Source: Pseudomonadota bacterium | GTDB taxonomy: Bacteria; Pseudomonadota; Alphaproteobacteria; UBA1280; JAAZVW01 | DNA length: 64,000 nt | Assembly (NCBI GenBank): GCA_018623135.1 | Contig: JAAZVW010000001.1 | Span: forward strand, 23,024 to 87,023 | Direction of reading: 5' to 3' | Part shown: positions 22,099 through 31,110 of the stretch, piece by piece | How the letters are laid out: every line of letters begins with the position of its first letter | Numbering within the stretch: the first letter of the stretch is position 1 | Notes under the pieces: generated by a model | What the model saw: only the letters and a program-made list of their open reading frames with translations | Told to the model about the DNA's origin: nothing | Databases searched by the model: none | Translations under genes and position numbers: made by a program

Positions 22099-22126
22099 AA
22101 TTTAAGTAGTGAGATAGATTATATAT

Positions 22127-22726
22127 ATGCCTGAGTTATTAGGCGCTTCTAAAAAAGAGTTGCGCAAAACATATTTGAACAGACGTGTGCAACGCTCCTT
22201 TAGTGGGCATGAAAATGCCAGTCTATTTAACTTGTTACAAAAATTACTACAAAATACTTACTCTCAGGCAAAAACAGAAGATACGAAAAGGTTTTGTGTT
22301 GCCTTGTATGTGCCTATAGAAAAAGAGGTGGATGTTTTCTGTTGTGCTGAAAAGCTGGAAAAAGAGTATCAGCTATGTTTACCTAAAACAGTACATAAAA
22401 ATACAGCCCTTGTCTTTAATGCTTATCGCTCTGCTGAAACACTGCTAGAAAAAGATTCCTTTGGAATTTTAACAGCTTGTGGTAAAGAAATAACCCCAGA
22501 TATTATTATTGTACCCTTAGTTGCTTTTTGCAGAAATGGTCATAGAATAGGCTATGGTGCAGGGATGTATGACAGGACTTTTGAAAGCTATGAAAAATTG
22601 GGTAAAAAAGTTTTGAAAATTGGGGTCGCTTACGCTTTTCAGGAATGTGAAGCTTTTGAAACAAATAAACATGATATTCAGTTAGATTATGTTGTGACAG
22701 AGAAAGAGATTATAGAGTGTCGTTAA
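22127..22726 (+). CDS. ygfA: 5-formyltetrahydrofolate cyclo-ligase
   Basis: PDIIIVPLVAF...GHRIGYGAGMYDRT, HDIQLD.VVTE. Confidence 0.93.
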   Translation: MPELLGASKKELRKTYLNRRVQRSFSGHENASLFNLLQKLLQNTYSQAKTEDTKRFCVALYVPIEKEVDVFCCAEKLEKEYQLCLPKTVHKNTALVFNAYRSAETLLEKDSFGILTACGKEITPDIIIVPLVAFCRNGHRIGYGAGMYDRTFESYEKLGKKVLKIGVAYAFQECEAFETNKHDIQLDYVVTEKEIIECR

Positions 22727-23526
22727 ACGTACTTTTTTTAGGTGATGTTGTTGGTAAACCCGGTCGGAGGGTGATTAAAGACGAGCTACCAAAATTTAGA
22801 GAAGAAAAGAATATTGATTTTGTGGTTTGTAATGCTGAAAATGCCGCAGGTGGTTTTGGTTTAGATCATAAATCCACAAGAGAGCTTTTTGAAGCAGGGG
22901 TAGATGTAATTACTTTGGGTGACCATACTTGGGATAAACATGAAATTAACTCTGTTTTTGAGCAGTATTCTAAGGTGTTGCGTCCGTTAAACTTCCCGAA
23001 ATCCGCTCCTGGTAAGGGGTTTGCTATTTACACAACGGCAGAAGGTAAGCGTATTGCTGTGCTTAATATTATTGGTCGTTCTTTTATGAATGGGGCTTAT
23101 GATTGCCCGTTTCAGGTCTCTCGTGCTTTACATAAAGAGTATCGTTTGGGTGAAGACTATGATGCGCTTGTGATTGATATTCATGCAGAAGCGACAGCGG
23201 AAGCTGTTTGCTTGGGGCATATTTGGGATGGTAGAGCGTCACTTATTTCTGGTTCTCATACGCATATCCCGACAGCAGATTACCGTATTATGCCCAAAGG
23301 TACAGGCTACCAGACAGATGCTGGGATGTGCGGCTTTTATGATTCTTCTTTAGGATCGGAATTTAAAGCGCCACTTCATCGGTTTGAAAATGCAGGTAAG
23401 GCAATGCTGCAAATTGCATCGGGTCCTGGGACAATGTGTGGTGTTATGGCTAAAGTGGCGGATAATGGTTTATGTGAAGAAATTACACCTGTTCGTGTAG
23501 GTGGGGTTTTGCATCAGGCGCGTTAG
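22717..23526 (+). CDS. YmdB/TIGR00282-type metallophosphoesterase
   Basis: LFLGDVVG.PGR, NAENAAGG, DIHAEATAE, GSHTH, TDAGMCG. Confidence 0.93.
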   Translation: MSLNVLFLGDVVGKPGRRVIKDELPKFREEKNIDFVVCNAENAAGGFGLDHKSTRELFEAGVDVITLGDHTWDKHEINSVFEQYSKVLRPLNFPKSAPGKGFAIYTTAEGKRIAVLNIIGRSFMNGAYDCPFQVSRALHKEYRLGEDYDALVIDIHAEATAEAVCLGHIWDGRASLISGSHTHIPTADYRIMPKGTGYQTDAGMCGFYDSSLGSEFKAPLHRFENAGKAMLQIASGPGTMCGVMAKVADNGLCEEITPVRVGGVLHQAR

Positions 23527-23554
23527 TTTGCTGTTTATTTAAAAGTTTATTCAT

Positions 23555-23586
23555 AAAAAAGCTCCCGAAAATACGGGAGCTTTTTT
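23555..23586. terminator. Bidirectional terminator
   Basis: AAAAAAGCTCCCG-loop-CGGGAGCTTTTTT. Confidence 0.85.
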
Positions 23587-23608
23587 GTGTAAAGATAAGC
23601 TTAAGAGA

Positions 23609-24919
23609 TTAATCTAGCTCGTTCGTTGTTTCTTTATCGGCTTCAACATATTTGTTAATACCTTCCATGTCCAGAAGACCAATTGCAGCAGCAAGTCTGA
23701 AGCTTGAAGAGACAATGGCATTGCGACCTTGTGTATAAGAAACTTGGGCTGCAAGATATTCTTGTCGTGCATCCAAAACATCTAGTGTTGTGCGTTGACC
23801 AACTTCTGCTTCTTTAGAGACACCGTCGTAAGCCAAACGGTTGGCTTGTAATGATTCTTTTAAAGATTCAAAACGTGCGCGAGATGTGCGGTATTGGTGG
23901 TAAGAATCAATAAATTCTCGTTTAACTTCACGTTTAACTTGCTCTAGATTTTCTTCTGCTGATTTTAGGTTTGCTTTAGCTTCTTTTACAGCTGAGAAAA
24001 TGCGTCCGCCTGCAAATAGTGGTAAAGAGGCGCTTAGTGTAAAGCTTGTGTCTTCTGTTTCGCCTGATAAAAAGCGAGACGAATCTTGCGATGTTGTATA
24101 GCTTGCTTGGGCTTCAATATCAAATAAATGTTGTCCGCGTGCTGAATTTAAAAGGTTTTTAGCACGTTTAACTAACATTTCTGCTGCTTTGATATTTGGG
24201 TTTTGAGTCATTGTTTGCTCTAGCCAGTAGTCGTACTCTTCTGTAAAGAAGTCGTAAGTAACTTTTGGCCAAGTTAAGCCATCGCTTGAATCAATGCCTG
24301 AAATTTCTGTATAAAATGCGCGTGCTGTTTGTAGCTGTGCTTCTGCTTCTACAAGGTCTGCTTTGGCAACTGCGGCACGTGCTTCTGCTTGGCGTACGTC
24401 TGTTTGTGTAACTTCACCAACTTCATAGCGGAGTTTTGTTGCTTTAAGCTGTTCGTTAAGAACTTTAGATTGTTCTTCATTGAGTTTATGAACTTGCTCT
24501 GCTGTAAGTACGTTAAGGTAGGCCGCAGCGGCATTATTAAGAACTGTGATTTTTGTTGCTGTTAAATTAAGTTCCGTTGCCTCTAGGTTGCGTTTAGCAC
24601 TTTTAAAGTTATGGAAATTCTGGCCACCTTTAAATAGGCTTTGCGTTGCTTGAAATCCATAAGATTTAGGGTTTAACCTTGTTGTGCCTGTGTCGGTCTC
24701 ACTTTTGGTATAGCCCATGCCTGCTGTGGCAGAAATTTGGGGCATGAAATCAGCACGAGAAGCATTCTTTTGCGCTTCTGCGGCCTCTACACTTGCCTGA
24801 GCTTGCAGAAAATCAGGGTTATGTTTAAGGGTTTGGCTAAGCATATCGTTAAGATTCATCGCCTGTGATGAAAGCGCAGTTAAAGAAAGTGTTGCGCAAA
24901 GTAAAGCGTGACGAAACAT
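23609..24919 (-). CDS. tolC: TolC family outer-membrane channel
   Basis: Start moved to MFRHALL (signal peptide); VGEVTQTDV.QAEAR and VGQRTTLDVLDA repeats. Confidence 0.92.
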   Translation of the reverse strand: MFRHALLCATLSLTALSSQAMNLNDMLSQTLKHNPDFLQAQASVEAAEAQKNASRADFMPQISATAGMGYTKSETDTGTTRLNPKSYGFQATQSLFKGGQNFHNFKSAKRNLEATELNLTATKITVLNNAAAAYLNVLTAEQVHKLNEEQSKVLNEQLKATKLRYEVGEVTQTDVRQAEARAAVAKADLVEAEAQLQTARAFYTEISGIDSSDGLTWPKVTYDFFTEEYDYWLEQTMTQNPNIKAAEMLVKRAKNLLNSARGQHLFDIEAQASYTTSQDSSRFLSGETEDTSFTLSASLPLFAGGRIFSAVKEAKANLKSAEENLEQVKREVKREFIDSYHQYRTSRARFESLKESLQANRLAYDGVSKEAEVGQRTTLDVLDARQEYLAAQVSYTQGRNAIVSSSFRLAAAIGLLDMEGINKYVEADKETTNELD

Positions 24920-25233
24920 TATTTGTTTTCCTCTTCTAAGAGTTGATACCAAGCGAGTATACCGCCTTGGATATTATAAACTTGTTCATAACCCGCAACT
25001 TCTGCAAGTTGGCAGGCCATTGCGCTTCTGCCACCGACGTGGCAAAGAAAATACAAAGGCCTATCTGGCAGGCCTTGTACTTTAGCTGATAATTGGTTTA
25101 ACGGAATATGTGTGGCAGAACCTTCGATAAAAGGCATTGCAGTAAGTTCATCTGCTTCACGGACATCTATAATAAGCGGTTTTTGATTACTTTTAATGAG
25201 ATGCCTAAGTTCTTTAACTGTAATAACTTCCAT
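24919..25233 (-). CDS. Rhodanese-like sulfurtransferase
   Basis: IIDVRE..E, CHVGGRS, GGILAW. Confidence 0.92.
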   Translation of the reverse strand: MEVITVKELRHLIKSNQKPLIIDVREADELTAMPFIEGSATHIPLNQLSAKVQGLPDRPLYFLCHVGGRSAMACQLAEVAGYEQVYNIQGGILAWYQLLEEENK

Positions 25234-25886
25234 TAAAATACAAAGCTTTCTTCTTTTTTGAAGTTTTCTAGCACTTGACCGTGGGTTTCTAGCAGAGCTT
25301 CTTCAAAAAGGGTGTTGCCTTGTTTTGTGTAAATTGTAGCTTCTAGAACATGACCTTCAAGCTCAACAACTGCGGCTATTTTACCGCCATCTTTTACTTG
25401 CTCAATAAGTGTTTCAGAAATGGAAGCTGTTGGTGCATCTACAAAAATAACATCGTATGGCGCCTTCTTTTTAAGGCCTTTTTCTGGTTCGCTACAAATA
25501 AGTTCTGCATTGCTACATTTACAATCACTTAATGCGCGTTTACCCGCATCTGTTAAGTAACTATCTGATTCTACGGCATAAACCTTTTTAACGAGCTTAG
25601 AGGCAACTGCTGCTGTGTAGCCTGTGTTTGCTGCAATAACAAGCATTGTTTCATTGCCGCTAAGCTTAAGATCATTTAATAATCGTCCAATAATCATAGG
25701 GCTAAGAAGTGGGCGGTTTTCTGCTACAATTACTTGCTCTTCTGAGTAGGCAGATGTTTTACAAGATGAATCTACAAAGTATTCACGCGGGATAGAGCGG
25801 AAGGCATTTAAGACATCTGGGTTGCTTACTTTGTTAGGTTTAAGTTGGTTGAGGACCATATTTTCGCGTGCTGTTTCGTAGCTCAT
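25233..25886 (-). CDS. Protein-L-isoaspartate O-methyltransferase family paralogue
   Basis: ARENMV..QL, IPRE.FV, APYDVI; pcm-rhodanese-tolC synteny. Confidence 0.85.
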   Translation of the reverse strand: MSYETARENMVLNQLKPNKVSNPDVLNAFRSIPREYFVDSSCKTSAYSEEQVIVAENRPLLSPMIIGRLLNDLKLSGNETMLVIAANTGYTAAVASKLVKKVYAVESDSYLTDAGKRALSDCKCSNAELICSEPEKGLKKKAPYDVIFVDAPTASISETLIEQVKDGGKIAAVVELEGHVLEATIYTKQGNTLFEEALLETHGQVLENFKKEESFVF

Positions 25887-26016
25887 GCTTCTTCAAAAGC
25901 TCCATGTTATTGTTATATTTAGAATTTATTATGGTAAGCGCTATTATACAACAGATGGCGCTGAATTCCAAGGTGATAAAAATGGATAAAAAAGTAAAAA
26001 AATGTACTTTTTTGTG

Positions 26017-26045
26017 TTGACAATAACAAAGAGAGAGGATAAAAC
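26017..26045 (+). promoter_or_regulatory. Probable sigma70 promoter of the tRNA pair
   Basis: TTGACA-17 bp-TAAAAC about 50 nt upstream of tRNA-Cys. Confidence 0.55.
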
Positions 26046-26097
26046 ATATCCACAGTTGGAACGGCGAGTAGCCTTGGTTTCGACCGAATGAATAGGT

Positions 26098-26172
26098 GGC
26101 CGAGTGGCGAAGTGGTAACGCTGCGGACTGCAAATCCGCCATGCATCGGTTCGAATCCGATCTCGGCCTCCA
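26098..26172 (+). tRNA. tRNA-Cys (GCA)
   Basis: Acceptor GGCCGAG/CTCGGCC, anticodon arm GCGGA-CTGCAAA-TCCGC, GGTTCGAATCC, encoded CCA. Confidence 0.97.
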
Positions 26173-26175
26173 TGT

Positions 26176-26251
26176 TCCCGCATAGCTCAGTTGGTAGAGC
26201 ACTTGACTGTTAATCAAGTTGTCACAGGTTCGAGCCCTGTTGCGGGAGCCA
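26176..26251 (+). tRNA. tRNA-Asn (GTT)
   Basis: Acceptor TCCCGCA/TGCGGGA, anticodon arm CTTGA-CTGTTAA-TCAAG, GGTTCGAG, encoded CCA. Confidence 0.97.
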
Positions 26252-26253
26252 CT

Positions 26254-26285
26254 AAAAGCCCTTAGAGAAATCTAAGGGCTTTTTT
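26254..26285 (+). terminator. Terminator after the tRNAs
   Basis: AAAAGCCCTTAGA-GAAA-TCTAAGGGCTTTTT. Confidence 0.9.
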
Positions 26286-26481
26286 GCATTGTCTTAAGCA
26301 TTTTGTTTGATGAATGTTGAATGTATCTAAATAAATCTTCTGTAAGATGTCTTTGTTTGTTAAGCTGTTGTTTTTAATGGTTTATTATTTTTTTTTATTT
26401 ATTTTGGGGTAGTTTTAATTACATAAATAAATTCCATAATGTTTAGTATGTAAAATAATAATAAATAATGATGGCTGGGTC

Positions 26482-28545
26482 TTGCTGATGTTTTCAAATC
26501 TTTCATTAAAGCATAAAATTTTATATGGCTTTATAACTGTGAGCCTTGTTCCGTTATTTATTGTTTCGGCGGCGACTTTTTTTGTATCGGTTGATGCACT
26601 TGAAAAAGAGGTTGAAAAAAAATTACATGCAACAACAATTGCTAAAAAAGAACATCTGGAGAGTTATTTTATTTTAGCGCAGCAGCAGCTTATTACTTGG
26701 GCGCGAGGCGGAACTTTTATAAAAGCGGTGCAAGAGTTTACGGTGGCGGTAAATGATTTGCGACCAGCTGATGAATTTTCTCCTAAATTAAAAGGGCGAT
26801 ATGGTTACCAAGAGACAAATACAAAAGATTTGGAAATTTCTGCTTTAAGGCGTTGGGAGCAAATCGATGGTATTGCTATTAAAATGCAGGACTTATATAT
26901 TGCCCAAAATTCAAATAAAGTTGGTGAAAAGCAAAAATTGTTAAATGCTAATGATGGTAGTAAATATTCGGCATTGCATGAAAAGTATCATCCTTATTTT
27001 AAAGATATTCAGCAAAAATTTGAGCTATATGATTTGTTTTTGATAGAGCCGAAAACGGGTCGTATTGTGTATTCTGTTTTTAAAGAATTGGATTATGGTA
27101 CCAAGCTTCTTTCAGGCCCTTATAAAGATTCAGGTTTGGGTGAGGTTGCAAAAAACGGGATTAAAGCGAAACCTGGGCAAATTGTAACATCTGATTTTAG
27201 AAGCTATGAGCCTTCTTATAATGATCAGGCTGCGTTTAGTTCTATCCCTATTTATGATAATGGTGAGCTTGTGGGTATTTTGGCTATTCAATTCCCGCTA
27301 GATAGGATTACTGCGTTGATGCATTCTCGTACTGGTATGGGAGAGACAGGGCATTTTTACTTTGTAGATGCAGAAGGTGAAATGAGAAATAATACTGTTT
27401 TATCAAAAGATTCAACGATTGGGTTTAAAATGGATAATAAAGCTGTTGAGCAGGTTTTAAGACGCGAAACGGGTATTATTAAAACAGTTGGTTACTCTGG
27501 AAATGAAGTGATAGCATCTTATGTGCCTATGGATATTAAAGGATTAAATTGGTTTTTAATTGCAGAGCAAGATATGTCGGAGGCTTTAGCTTCTGTGGAC
27601 TTTATGAAAATGGTTATTGTGATTGTGGTGCTGGTAACCGTAGGTTCTATTATGTTTTTAAGTATTGTTATAGGTAATAATTTGCAAAAGCCTTTTTATG
27701 ATTTAATGACAGAATTTGGTAGACTGGCTCAGTATGAATTGGATGCAAATCTTTCTGCTTTAGGGGGTAAAGAGATTAAAGAGCTTTCGGGGCGATTTAA
27801 TGGATTTATTGAGCGTTTGAATTCGATTGTTAAAAACGTTAAAAGCCTTTCTGATAATGTAAATGGCTCTTCTGATGGTATTTCTAAGCGTATGCAGCAA
27901 ATTAGCGAGTTAAGTGAGCAACAAATGCGTGCGGTTGGAGAGATTGAAAATGCTGTAGAAGGGGCAACTATTGTAACGGAAGAAATTAATAACTCAACAG
28001 CGCAGGCGGTGCAAAGTGCCTCTTATATTACAGAAAAAACAAGTTTAACATCTAATAATATGAGAGAGCTTTCTGACAGTGTTAAAAATATTACTGAGGT
28101 GATTGCTGTGATTAATGATATTTCGGATCAGACAAATTTGCTGGCTTTAAACGCGGCTATTGAGGCTGCTAGAGCTGGTGATGAAGGTAGAGGCTTTGCT
28201 GTGGTTGCAGAAGAGGTGCGTAAGCTTGCAAGTAACACAAGTGAATCCACACAGATGATTGCCGATACAGTTCAGAAACTTGTTGCCAAAAGTAAAGAAG
28301 CTGATGCTGCTATGCAGGAGATTCAGGATCAGGTTGCGCAGGTTGAGAAGGTGTTTAAAACTGTAGGTGAATCAGTGGATACACAATCTTCGATGATTCA
28401 ACAAATTAGTGCGAGTATGCATGAGTTTTCTAAAGCTGTGCAATCTGTAACCAATGATGTTGATGATGCAAATAAAGATAGTGAAAGAATGGCTGGTATT
28501 GCTAAAAATTTGAAGGATACAGTGAATATATTTAAAACGCATTAG
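26482..28545 (+). CDS. Methyl-accepting chemotaxis protein with dCache-type sensor and HAMP
   Basis: YDLFLI...[45 protein letters not shown] signalling tip. Confidence 0.95.
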   Translation: MLMFSNLSLKHKILYGFITVSLVPLFIVSAATFFVSVDALEKEVEKKLHATTIAKKEHLESYFILAQQQLITWARGGTFIKAVQEFTVAVNDLRPADEFSPKLKGRYGYQETNTKDLEISALRRWEQIDGIAIKMQDLYIAQNSNKVGEKQKLLNANDGSKYSALHEKYHPYFKDIQQKFELYDLFLIEPKTGRIVYSVFKELDYGTKLLSGPYKDSGLGEVAKNGIKAKPGQIVTSDFRSYEPSYNDQAAFSSIPIYDNGELVGILAIQFPLDRITALMHSRTGMGETGHFYFVDAEGEMRNNTVLSKDSTIGFKMDNKAVEQVLRRETGIIKTVGYSGNEVIASYVPMDIKGLNWFLIAEQDMSEALASVDFMKMVIVIVVLVTVGSIMFLSIVIGNNLQKPFYDLMTEFGRLAQYELDANLSALGGKEIKELSGRFNGFIERLNSIVKNVKSLSDNVNGSSDGISKRMQQISELSEQQMRAVGEIENAVEGATIVTEEINNSTAQAVQSASYITEKTSLTSNNMRELSDSVKNITEVIAVINDISDQTNLLALNAAIEAARAGDEGRGFAVVAEEVRKLASNTSESTQMIADTVQKLVAKSKEADAAMQEIQDQVAQVEKVFKTVGESVDTQSSMIQQISASMHEFSKAVQSVTNDVDDANKDSERMAGIAKNLKDTVNIFKTH

Positions 28546-28564
28546 GTGTTTGTTGTTGTTTTAA

Positions 28565-28595
28565 CTTGACAAATGCCCCATTAATATGCTTTAAT
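28565..28595 (+). promoter_or_regulatory. Sigma70-type promoter carrying the same spacer box as the virion-operon promoter
   Basis: CTTGACAAATGCCCCA...TGcTTTAAT (18 bp spacer); 15/16 identical to 31017-31032. Confidence 0.65.
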
Positions 28596-28598
28596 ATT

Positions 28599-28632
28599 AA
28601 AAATCGCGGATTAAAACTCTGCGATTTTTTTT
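28599..28632 (+). terminator. Promoter-proximal intrinsic terminator (may also end the MCP transcript)
   Basis: AAAAATCGCGGA-TTAAAAC-TCTGCGATTTTTTTT. Confidence 0.75.
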
Positions 28633-28696
28633 GTTTGTGATTGAGGTGTTTATTTGGTATACAGCTTATAACTTAATTATATCCCTTGGTGATATT

Positions 28697-29182
28697 ATGA
28701 CTTTTTTAATTTTGCGAACAAAATTTGCTTGGCTTAATAATATATCGATTGTTGTTTTTGTTCGATATTGGTTGTTTCAGGCCAAAATCCTTATGTGGAA
28801 GTATAATCCACCACAGTTTATTCTGGATAATCTTATTTTAGAATATGTGTATTACCATGAAGGTGTTGTAGAAGGCGCCGCAAGACCGCATTCTCATTTA
28901 TGGGATAGATTGAGATACGCGACCATTTTATTAACGGATGATGAAAAGCGTATTTATATTTTCTCTCGGAAAATGAGATGGAATTTATGGTGTGATTTTT
29001 GTTGTGAACCAGAGTTTGCCCGGTTTCATGCACATGGTTTACCAGGGCAAGGACCTGAAGATGAGGTTGCCAATATTTATTTTTGGTTTGAGCGTGATTA
29101 CCTTATTGTTTTTAAAAGGCTTATTGTTGCTTCATTTGCTTGTTTGGTAATGTCTTTACTGCTGTTTCTTGTGGGGCTGTAG
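28697..29182 (+). CDS. Hypothetical protein with C-terminal TM helix
   Basis: ATG at 28697 after GGTGA; aromatic-rich; family not recognised. Confidence 0.6.
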   Translation: MTFLILRTKFAWLNNISIVVFVRYWLFQAKILMWKYNPPQFILDNLILEYVYYHEGVVEGAARPHSHLWDRLRYATILLTDDEKRIYIFSRKMRWNLWCDFCCEPEFARFHAHGLPGQGPEDEVANIYFWFERDYLIVFKRLIVASFACLVMSLLLFLVGL

Positions 29183-29197
29183 TTTTTAGCGAGTTAT

Positions 29198-29237
29198 AAA
29201 CAAAGGTGGTGTGTGGTGCACTACCTTTGTTTTTTTT
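29198..29237 (+). terminator. Intrinsic terminator
   Basis: AAACAAAGGTGGTG...CACTACCTTTGTTTTTTTT. Confidence 0.8.
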
Positions 29238-29330
29238 GTTATTTAAGCCACAGATATAAGGTTTTGTTGGTGGTAAAGCTTGATTATTATTTTAATTTAC
29301 AGCAGTATATTTTTAGAAAAATTGTAAAGG

Positions 29331-29675
29331 ATGATAAAGATGCTGCTTACAACAACATTTTATGTAGAAGGTTACCGTATTAGAAAGTATGGTCCTTTAG
29401 TGGCTGCCGAAGCTGTAATGGGTACCAACTTATTTAAAGATTACTTTGCAAAAGTACGTGATATTGTGGGTGGTCGCTCTGGTGCATTCCAGCAAGCGAT
29501 GTCGGAAGCCCGTGAAAATGTATTAATGGAAATACAGGAGCAAGCTCTTGAGATGGGATGCAATGCTGTTATTGGTATTGATATTGATTATGGCGAGGTT
29601 TCTGGTAAAGACAAAAACATGCTTATGGTTGCGGCACAGGGTACGGCTGTTTATATAGAACCTATAGAAGACTAA
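29331..29675 (+). CDS. YbjQ/UPF0145 family protein
   Basis: G.N.FKD.FA.VRDIVGGRSG, NAVIGIDIDY, MLMVAAQGTAV. Confidence 0.92.
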   Translation: MIKMLLTTTFYVEGYRIRKYGPLVAAEAVMGTNLFKDYFAKVRDIVGGRSGAFQQAMSEARENVLMEIQEQALEMGCNAVIGIDIDYGEVSGKDKNMLMVAAQGTAVYIEPIED

Positions 29676-29692
29676 ATTTATATTTTAAGTAC

Positions 29693-29723
29693 AAAAAAAG
29701 CCCGCATTAAGCGGGCTTTTTTT
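29693..29723. terminator. Bidirectional terminator
   Basis: AAAAAAAGCCCGC-ATTAA-GCGGGCTTTTTTT. Confidence 0.9.
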
Positions 29724-29729
29724 GTCGTA

Positions 29730-30164
29730 TTATAGTTGAAGAATTAGGGGTGCCAATTCTTCAATACTGCTGGGGTTGTGGTCGTACTTAACGGCGCCAC
29801 GTCTGAAAAATTCAGGTGTGTAAATGCAAATATGCATTTCTCGTGCACACCAGAATAAATCTGTATGGGTGCCGATAAAGACCGACTTTTGCCCTTTGTA
29901 GGGCTTGATCTTACTTAAAAGCTTTGGGAGATCTCGAGTCTCGTAATTGGGCAAAGTGTGTATAATTCGCCCAGCAGAGAGTAGATCAATACCGTTTTGA
30001 TAGTACTCTGTAATATCATCTCGGCTACGTGAGGTGCAGTAGTAAATTTCTCCGTTTTGCTGAAATTCTTTCAACATATTGATGAAATTTTCATTTATTT
30101 TACGGCTTTTACCCATAGTGTCGAGTAGGCCGTCAAGATCTATAAAAAGGGTATCATATTTCAT
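29730..30164 (-). CDS. Small HAD-superfamily-like protein
   Basis: Start moved to MKYDTLFIDLDGLL (motif I DxD, AAGGA RBS); YCTSR motif II; motif IV degenerate (FIGTHTD). Confidence 0.6.
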   Translation of the reverse strand: MKYDTLFIDLDGLLDTMGKSRKINENFINMLKEFQQNGEIYYCTSRSRDDITEYYQNGIDLLSAGRIIHTLPNYETRDLPKLLSKIKPYKGQKSVFIGTHTDLFWCAREMHICIYTPEFFRRGAVKYDHNPSSIEELAPLILQL

Positions 30165-30307
30165 GATAAATCCTTGTGAAGTTTTTTTAGTGAAAGGGAA
30201 TAAGGTTTGAGACTTATATATATGCTTTTTTTTTAGAATTTGTATAGTCTGACTTACAAAAAAATACAAATTAATGCGTGTTTTTTGATTTTTATGCAAA
30301 AATATAC

Positions 30308-30336
30308 TTGCATAGGTTGTAAGTAATATGTATTAT
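30308..30336 (+). promoter_or_regulatory. Probable sigma70 promoter of the Q-like gene
   Basis: TTGCAT-17 bp-TATTAT, followed by a leader of about 160 nt. Confidence 0.55.
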
Positions 30337-30503
30337 CCATCCTAGATTGGCATATACCTCTTTGAGGATATGACCGGGGTTATATAAATAATGAATATCG
30401 CACTTCTGCGATGTTCTTCTTCCATATACGTGTGTGAATGATTTGATGGGCTTGGCCTGCCTATTGTTGACGCATTTTGTTAATAAAAATAAGGAATATA
30501 AAC

Positions 30504-30995
30504 ATGGAATATCAATTTTCTTCTGCAAACCAAGCTTTAGATTGGACTGCGAACGTGCTAAGGAAAAAACTTTTTGCTCAGGTGAGCTCTGCTTATAGGT
30601 TTATTGAAAAAGAAGTGACAGATTTGCCTTCTGAAAGTAAAGAGTATAGCTTTTTACCTAGAAATGCTGAAGATGCTTATGATTTGGCGTTGGATATGGA
30701 TAAGTTATTAAGGTCTTTAGATGAAGAACATCATTTATTGTTGCGCATGAAGCATTGGGGTGATTTTTATACAGTCGATAAAATGAAAAAAGCTTTTGCA
30801 GAACAAGAGCTTTTGAGGCGCAAAGGTATTAGGGTGCGTGTAAGTTATCAGTATTCAAATCGTCAGATGGGTGTTTTGTTGGATTGTTGCCATAAAACTG
30901 TGCAACGTAAGTTGGCAAAAGCTTATCAGCAATTTGAAGAGCTTCTTATAAAAGAGGGGTATATTGCTGAAGTGAGTTATAAAAAATCTGCTTAA
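30504..30995 (+). CDS. Putative Q-like antiterminator / late regulator (C-terminal HTH)
   Basis: ATG at 30504 after AAGGA; 163 aa; C-terminal HTH-like SNRQMGVLLDCCHKTVQRKLAKA; directly upstream of promoter, terminator and terminase genes. Confidence 0.6.
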   Translation: MEYQFSSANQALDWTANVLRKKLFAQVSSAYRFIEKEVTDLPSESKEYSFLPRNAEDAYDLALDMDKLLRSLDEEHHLLLRMKHWGDFYTVDKMKKAFAEQELLRRKGIRVRVSYQYSNRQMGVLLDCCHKTVQRKLAKAYQQFEELLIKEGYIAEVSYKKSA

Positions 30996-31016
30996 ATAAA
31001 AAAAGATTATTTATAT

Positions 31017-31046
31017 CTTGACAACTGCCCCAATATTCTGTATAGT
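31017..31046 (+). promoter_or_regulatory. Late (pR'-like) sigma70 promoter of the virion operon
   Basis: TTGACA (31018-31023), 17 bp spacer containing TGCCCCA, TATAGT (31041-31046). Confidence 0.8.
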
Positions 31047-31058
31047 AATTAAATAATC

Positions 31059-31088
31059 AGGAGAGCTAATAACAGCTCTCCTTTTTTT
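31059..31088 (+). terminator. Promoter-proximal intrinsic terminator (tR'-like)
   Basis: Perfect 9 bp stem AGGAGAGCT-AATAAC-AGCTCTCCT followed by a T-run; lies before the TerS RBS. Confidence 0.88.
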
Positions 31089-31110
31089 ATGTCTAAAGGA
31101 GGTTGTTAAT

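Noticed and set aside
25840..26217. Minus-strand ORFs 25840-26217, 25919-26173, 25944-26183
   Set aside because: They are shadows of tRNA-Cys, tRNA-Asn and their promoter.
30292..30528. 78 aa minus-strand ORF as a repressor
   Set aside because: No HTH or recognisable motif; it overlaps the promoter and leader of the Q-like gene.
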